NCBI RefSeq assembly: GCF_027921745.1
Contig: NC_079238.1
Coordinates: 4,526,001 to 4,590,000 of the forward strand
Source: Schizosaccharomyces osmophilus
Lineage: Eukaryota
DNA: 64,000 nt
Direction: 5' to 3'
Shown here: positions 58,018-64,000 of the stretch, in pieces
Layout: each line of letters starts with the position of its first letter
Numbering within the stretch: position 1 is the stretch's first letter
Translations under genes and position numbers: made by a program
Notes under the pieces: model-generated
What the model saw: only the letters and a program-made list of their open reading frames with translations
Databases searched by the model: none
Told to the model about the DNA's origin: nothing

Positions 58018-60610
58018 TTATGCAAGATATTCATAAATTCGACCATTATCTGCAGATCGTTGCAAGTATTCTCGTTCAATCAAAGCTTCGATCCGACGTT
58101 TAATCATTATAGGATTTGGCTGAAATCGAGAACTCAATTGACGAGTAACTTCGGCCACTAATTGATTGTGTTCAAGCGTTTTCCGGTCCCTATGCTCGTT
58201 AGTAATTTGGTGAAGTCTTTCAAAAAAACAAGAATTATTGGACATACTTCATCACTCGGACTATACAGGCATCCGCTTGGTGCTTTCTGGATTCATCAAT
58301 CTTCTCCATTGTTCGCTTTCGTTCACCATCGTCTTCTACACGAACTTGCGCAATGGTAGATATTTTTAGTCTCGCCATATTCGACGTAAAGTTATCATTA
58401 AACATGAATCGATCACCAGCGTTTATATCTCGACTCTTTGGCTCCTTCAGTAAGATTTTGTATTTGGCGCAAGCAAGACTTTGAAGGTTGCGTTTTAAAT
58501 CTCCTGGCTCTATCTTTGTTCTTTGAAGTAGATCTTCGTAAGACAAACTTTCAGATCCTGGCAAAGCTTGAAATTGTAAAAGGATGACAACAGCTATCGT
58601 TGACACATTAAGGTCGTGCTTTCGTTTTTTAAACTGCACCCGAACATCAGCACTTCCCATTGAGGGATACCATATCAGTTTTCTTCCAGTATGTTTTGAA
58701 AAGTAAAAGTTCGAAAAGTGGTCGATAGAAGGCTTCAAATACTCGGGAAAATCGCACGAAATTTTTTCAGGAACAAGGTCAATTGGCCAAAAGGATGAAG
58801 CCAATACCGACACATTTAGGTCAAACGGAGGCTAATTCTGTTAGACAAATACTCGAATTGAAATTTATTACCTTTCCAGATTCTTGATCATAATTCCCTT
58901 TATATTCATGTAGTAACTCTTTAGACAACCGCATATCTGCTCTAGTTAGCGCAAATGAAAGTATCAATAACTTACCCGTGAACATTCCCTCCAATTTTTG
59001 AGTAAATACATTGCCAGCTTCTTGCTTTAAACGACCGATCATACTTAATTCAGCATCATCCGATATGGATCTATTGTTCAAAAGCCTTTAATTGTTAGAA
59101 TAATTGCGGGTACAAACTTTAAACCATACCTTTTCGCCAAATGGGTTTTATAGTATTTCTCGAAAACGTCTTTTTCAGATAAAAATCGGAAAAGAACAAC
59201 TGAATTTTGCAACGTCTTCTCCACGGATTCTTCAGATCGTCCTTTTAGATCCCGCTTCAAATTATCATCAATGAACAAAGAAGTGAATTCGGGAGCTCTT
59301 GAATACGCATTTATAAAATTAGAAAAAGAATCAGAAAGAGAGTTCATTACATATCGGTCTTCCTTCATGCTTCTAACCACGATTTCACGAAGTTTATCCC
59401 ACAATTCTAATACTTTCGTCACCCATGAAGAAGCAGTCGAAACTTTTGCAACCTGTGAGTTCCCCTGTGGATCTTCTTTGTTTAAAGCCAAAGAGCCATT
59501 TATAAATCTTCCTTTTTCAGAAATATAAGCGGCAAAGAATTTTTTTATCGAAGGGATCCCCAACTCTACTATGGACAACATATTGTAAATAGAAGATAAC
59601 CCTTCTAAGTTATAGGAGTCAAGCATAGCGAAAAAGCCTGAGATAGGCTTGGCCAATAAGTTATCTATTTGCTCTGTTAAAAGTTCCTTCTCCACTACGG
59701 AAAGCAATGCAAAGGAGACTTTTGTGAACAGATACTTTTGAGCTCTTTCTTTTTCTTCTTCCAATCTTAAATTGGTCTTCTGAAGATATTCAAGAACATC
59801 ATAGATTTCAAAATTTTGCTGAGCTTCTCCTTGGTAGAACATGCGAGTCATCTCTAAGAATTTTGGAGTAAATAGAACATCGTACAAAGACTCGTTCTTA
59901 GATTCAGATGGAAGAGAGTTTAGCATATCCAAACAAGAATTAACCAAGGGGCGGTTTATTGAATCACCAATTCGCTCCAAAAATACTAGAGTAAGAATAC
60001 AAATTCCGCTTTTCTGTCCAATTTCAAGGGAACTTAAAAGTACGGAATCACGAAATATCATCAAACCAGAATCGTATATAGGCATAACACCTGAAGATTT
60101 TGAATAAACTTTGTCTAAGTACTTCAATACACTCGAAATCATTTGCATAGACACCAGATGCTCTTTCCATGCATTCACAAGATTAGACAAAAACAAAATT
60201 GCAGCTTCACGCTTTCTCATTGATAGCGAAAAATCATCTCTGTTTCTAACATAGCTCCAATTTTCAGTTTCTAACAAAGATCCAAAGCTTCCAGCTATGG
60301 AGGGAGCTACTTCATTTTCCAACCTTGTCTTTAATACTTCCTTAACATTCCTATATAGTCGCTCTCCATGCTTGTGAAGGACTAGCGTGTAAGCATTTCT
60401 ATAAAGCTCCTCGAAGGAGAGTTGAGATGTACTTTTGTTGAAAATATCTTTCACAGCATTATGCAAAACATCCCAATGAGCTATAAAATCTACTTGATTT
60501 GAAGTAAACTAAATAGTTAGAGAACTCTTGCTTCGTCAATCTTCTTGTGATCAATCATTTGTCCTTACTTTTCGTGGCGCCCGAATTTTTACTTTCGATG
60601 AACGCTGCAT
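58018..60610 (-). CDS. cul3: Cullin 3, multi-exon
   Basis: ATG at 60610 ([14 protein letters not shown]), [35 protein letters not shown], neddylation motif [22 protein letters not shown]. Several short introns. Confidence 0.95.
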
Positions 60611-60779
60611 TGACGCTTTAAATTTTTTAAATTAAAAGCTTTTTTTTTATGGTTTAATTGAAAGAAGGGATGGAACGCAAGTAGACTCCTGAGTAGGATT
60701 GGGTAGTGTAAAAATGTTGGTAATTTGATGCGTTCAATCCTTTACATACTGGCAGCAAGAACTGAACACCATCGATAGG

Positions 60780-61376
60780 ATGTTAAGAAATTTAAGGGGT
60801 TTCCAAAGATTTTCTAATAGATTTTTAGTAAACTATTTACCAAGTCGATTATTACTGTCGCATGCGGGCAAATTATCCCCATTTCAAAGACAAACGGATT
60901 TTTCGCACAAATGCTTGTTCCATTGCAGTAGCAATTTACACAACGATTCCAAAGTGCCAATTTCAAAGTCTGCGGAAAACGTAGAGCAACCAAAGCCTGC
61001 ATATCATATCACCTTTACTTGTACTGTGTAAGTTTATACAGCGATCCATTCACGACCTAGTACTAGAAACTAATACAACAGCTGTAATCATCGTTCTGGT
61101 CATAAAATGTCGAAACAGGCGTATCACAATGGCACCGTTTTTGTTCAATGTCCCCATTGCAAAAACCGACACCTCATGGCAGACCATCTCAAAATCTTCA
61201 ATGACAAACGAGTCACGATTGAGGATATCCTTTCAAATAAAGGTGAGGTCTTGAAGAAGGGATTTGGCCAAATAGTCGATGGGAATGTGGTTGAAATTGA
61301 ACCTGAAAATTTGAGAATCAAAACAGATATAAAAGCTCCTTCCCCTGATACATCTGCTTATAGTAAGAATGATTAA
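60780..61376 (+). CDS. zim17: Mitochondrial DNL zinc-finger Hsp70 escort protein (Zim17/Tim15), 2 exons
   Basis: Presequence-like N-terminus; FTCTV|CNHRS...SKQAYHNGTVFVQCPHCKNRHLMADHL; intron ~61027-61082. Confidence 0.9.
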
Positions 61377-61773
61377 TTACCAAAGAATTGGTTTCTAGTG
61401 TTCTCTCGGGATTTCATGTGAGTTTACTAAACATGTACTTTCGAATCTGCTTTTTGAAACATATTATTCACAAAAAAGTTGTTCAACTACGAATGTGATA
61501 GTTTTGGAATGAATAAAAAGATAATATTTGGAATAATAAAAGATTACGGAAGGTCCATTCCTACACAGCACAACGTTTCTTGTAAAATCGACTCTTCAAT
61601 AATTGTTTACATGCTGTCTCGGTAAATAAAACTTAAACAATAAGTTTTATTTAGCGAAAAGCCAATTTCTTGCATTGACCGTAGTTAAGTGTATTGCGTT
61701 AAACCGTTTGTTTATTTATGGATGCCACGCTTCCTGATTTTCTCCAATTTCTTTATTCTCTAATGTTTAAGGC

Positions 61774-63775
61774 ATGTTTCGAATATATAAATACGATGTT
61801 TTAGAGACGTCTTCCAAAGATCAGAAGTCGTCTACATCTTTGTTGAATAGTGCACAAAGCAGCACGAAAAGTCGAACTTCTTCACCCACCACAGGATCTT
61901 TCACGAATGACATAGAAAAGCCAAAGAACGCCTGGTATACTCTTGAGTTTTTTTCCTATTATGTTTTTATTGGGTCAATTACTATCATGGGCTTTTATAG
62001 ACTTTTTATGATTAGCGTTGGTGAGTCTTTAAATCTTGAGGCTTTGATTGTTGTATGTCTAGTAATTAACAAACCTATAGAGAAGCACCCAAATTATGCT
62101 AATATAAAAAAACACTTGAAGCCAGGGTGGATATTTGGCAAGCCTGTCGACATATCTGACCATCAATACGCTAGTTTTCGAGAGAATATTCCTATTCTGC
62201 TTGGAGTGATTGCTGGTTATTTTTTTCTTTGGAATGCCGTTCAGCTGGTTTTTTTTCATAAAGTCCAGAACAAGTTGGCGTTAAAAAACACGTTTCGTTT
62301 ATGGTTCTCAGTGATATTTTCCTTTATTGTCTATGGCTCCGGAATGATCTATGTCTTTTCAATAATTTTTATTTACTATCTATTTGCGAAAGTTTTTCGA
62401 GATCACCGTCTAAATCCTCTTCTGTCTTGGGGTTTTGGTATTTTCTTGCTTCTTTCCAAAGAGCATTTCGGTCACTACAAATTTGGCAATCTCCACCCTC
62501 TTTTGTCGTTTTTGGTATGTATATATATATATTGGGTTCGATTAACCAAGTTTTCTGTAGGATGATCACACCGGCATTTTAGAAAGGTGGTATGTGCTGT
62601 TCAACATTACCATTCTACGTTTAATCTCGTATAATCTTGATTACTACTGGTCGATAAAATACTCGTTTAAAATACTTTCTGTATGAGTCCAGATGTTTTG
62701 TTTCCGTCTACTAACTTTATCACACAGACAACTGTAGTCGAGAAGGAACGAATTCCTGGTGATGCGTCCTATTCTGATCGCATCCGGCTAAATTGCAATC
62801 CGGAAGATTACAACGTTAAGAACTTTCTAACTTATGTGTTATATGCTCCGTTATATTTGGCAGGCCCAATCATAACATTCAATAATTTTATGTCTCAGGT
62901 ATATTTGCTACTTTTCGTTGGCTTACATTTGCTGACAATTTGATATAGACGAAATATCCGATTAAGTCACCATTGAAATACAGGAACGTTCTTTACGGTA
63001 TTCGCTTCTTTGTATGTGTTTTCATAATGGAACTTGTGCTTCATTTTTGTTATGGTAGCGCTATTACCAAGGAAAAAAGTTTGCAAGCTTATTCTACTTT
63101 AGAAATCACATTGATCAGCTTTATCGTACTGTTCGTGACTTGGCTGAAACTTCTCATTCCCTGGAGATTGTTTCGTTGGTGGTCATTAATGGATAACATT
63201 GAACCTCCTGAAAACATTATTCGCTGTATGTGTAACAACTATTCTGTAGTTGGATTTTGGAGAGCTTGGCATCGTAGCTACAACAAATGGCTGCTCCGTT
63301 ACTTGTATATCCCTATAGGAGGAAACAGGTATCCAATTTTAAATTCTTTTATCATTTTTACTTTTGTTGCTTTATGGCACGATGTTAGTTGGGAGTTGTT
63401 TTTCTGGGGATGGCTTGTTGTACTTTTCATTTTGCCAGAACGACTATGTTCCTATGCCTCGCACAGATTTGGCTGGATACATCTTCCTCATTACAGGATA
63501 ATTGCTGGCTTTGGCGCTGCCCTAAATGTTTACTTTATGATTATCTGCAATTTGGTAGGATTCGCTATGGACGTGCATGGAATCAAAGATGTCTTTGCTA
63601 GAATGTTTGGTACATTCCAAGGTATGATAATCTGATATTTGCTTTTGACTTATAGTTAACGTTTCTAGGGATTTATTTCAGCGTTACTATAATGCTATTG
63701 TTTTTTGCATGCGCACAAATGATGTTTGAAATCCGAGTAAACGAAGAAGAGAATGGAATTGATTTACGTTGCTAA
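61774..63775 (+). CDS. gup1: MBOAT O-acyltransferase Gup1, multi-exon
   Basis: DISDHQYASFR, YAPLYLAGPIITFN, PPENIIRCMCNNYS..GFWRAWHRSYN, FVALWHD. The last exon ends at TAA 63775. Confidence 0.92.
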
Positions 63776-64000
63776 GCTCATATAATCCATCTCTGCACTA
63801 ATTTTCTTGTTCGCATATTTAATTAGTTTAATTAGTTTAATCTCTTGATCTCTCCCTTCTCTTTCTAATAGAATTTGCGAGTTATCAAAGAGTCCCTTTA
63901 GTGCATTGTAGATTGTGTATTGTGCTAGTAATATTCCTTAAAGAAAAACTCATCTTCATGCTCTTTTCATCTACAGTTTGACACTCGAAACATTCTTAAA

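Overview
Gene-dense eukaryotic DNA from a fission yeast (Schizosaccharomyces). It is not S. pombe itself: the proteins are diverged orthologues, probably from the octosporus/cryophilus/osmophilus group, and the species cannot be fixed from this window. Gene order matches the S. pombe chromosome I block SPAC31A2.14 - SPAC13C5 - SPAC23E2 - SPAC24H6: bun107, dcc1, gef2, pre9, dre4, tht1, a class I amidotransferase, a GlcNAc-phosphate mutase, mre11, fep1, lsd2, ste7, an OSCA/DUF221 channel, uba3, a SulP/Vsb1-like transporter, DAHP synthase, gef1, an orphan, rps9, sld3, cdc25, hxk1, cul3, zim17 and gup1. There are also two tRNA genes. The ORF track misses two box C/D snoRNAs (guides matching the 18S Gm1271 and Am541 sites), each inside an intron of a non-coding host transcript with a Homol D promoter. 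The most unusual structure lies just downstream of the first snoRNA host: a ~450-bp inverted repeat with a 52/53-bp core and a nested hairpin, ending at a perfect branch point and acceptor. Other notable points: an SRA1/Sec31-C-like signature in the orphan protein, an apparent single-gene inversion of lsd2, ~1-kb AUG-depleted leaders with one uORF each before fep1 and cdc25, and a skewed, microsatellite-rich island around ste7-uba3. Orthology calls, S. pombe gene order and rRNA targets are from recall, not from database searches. Intron coordinates were read by eye.
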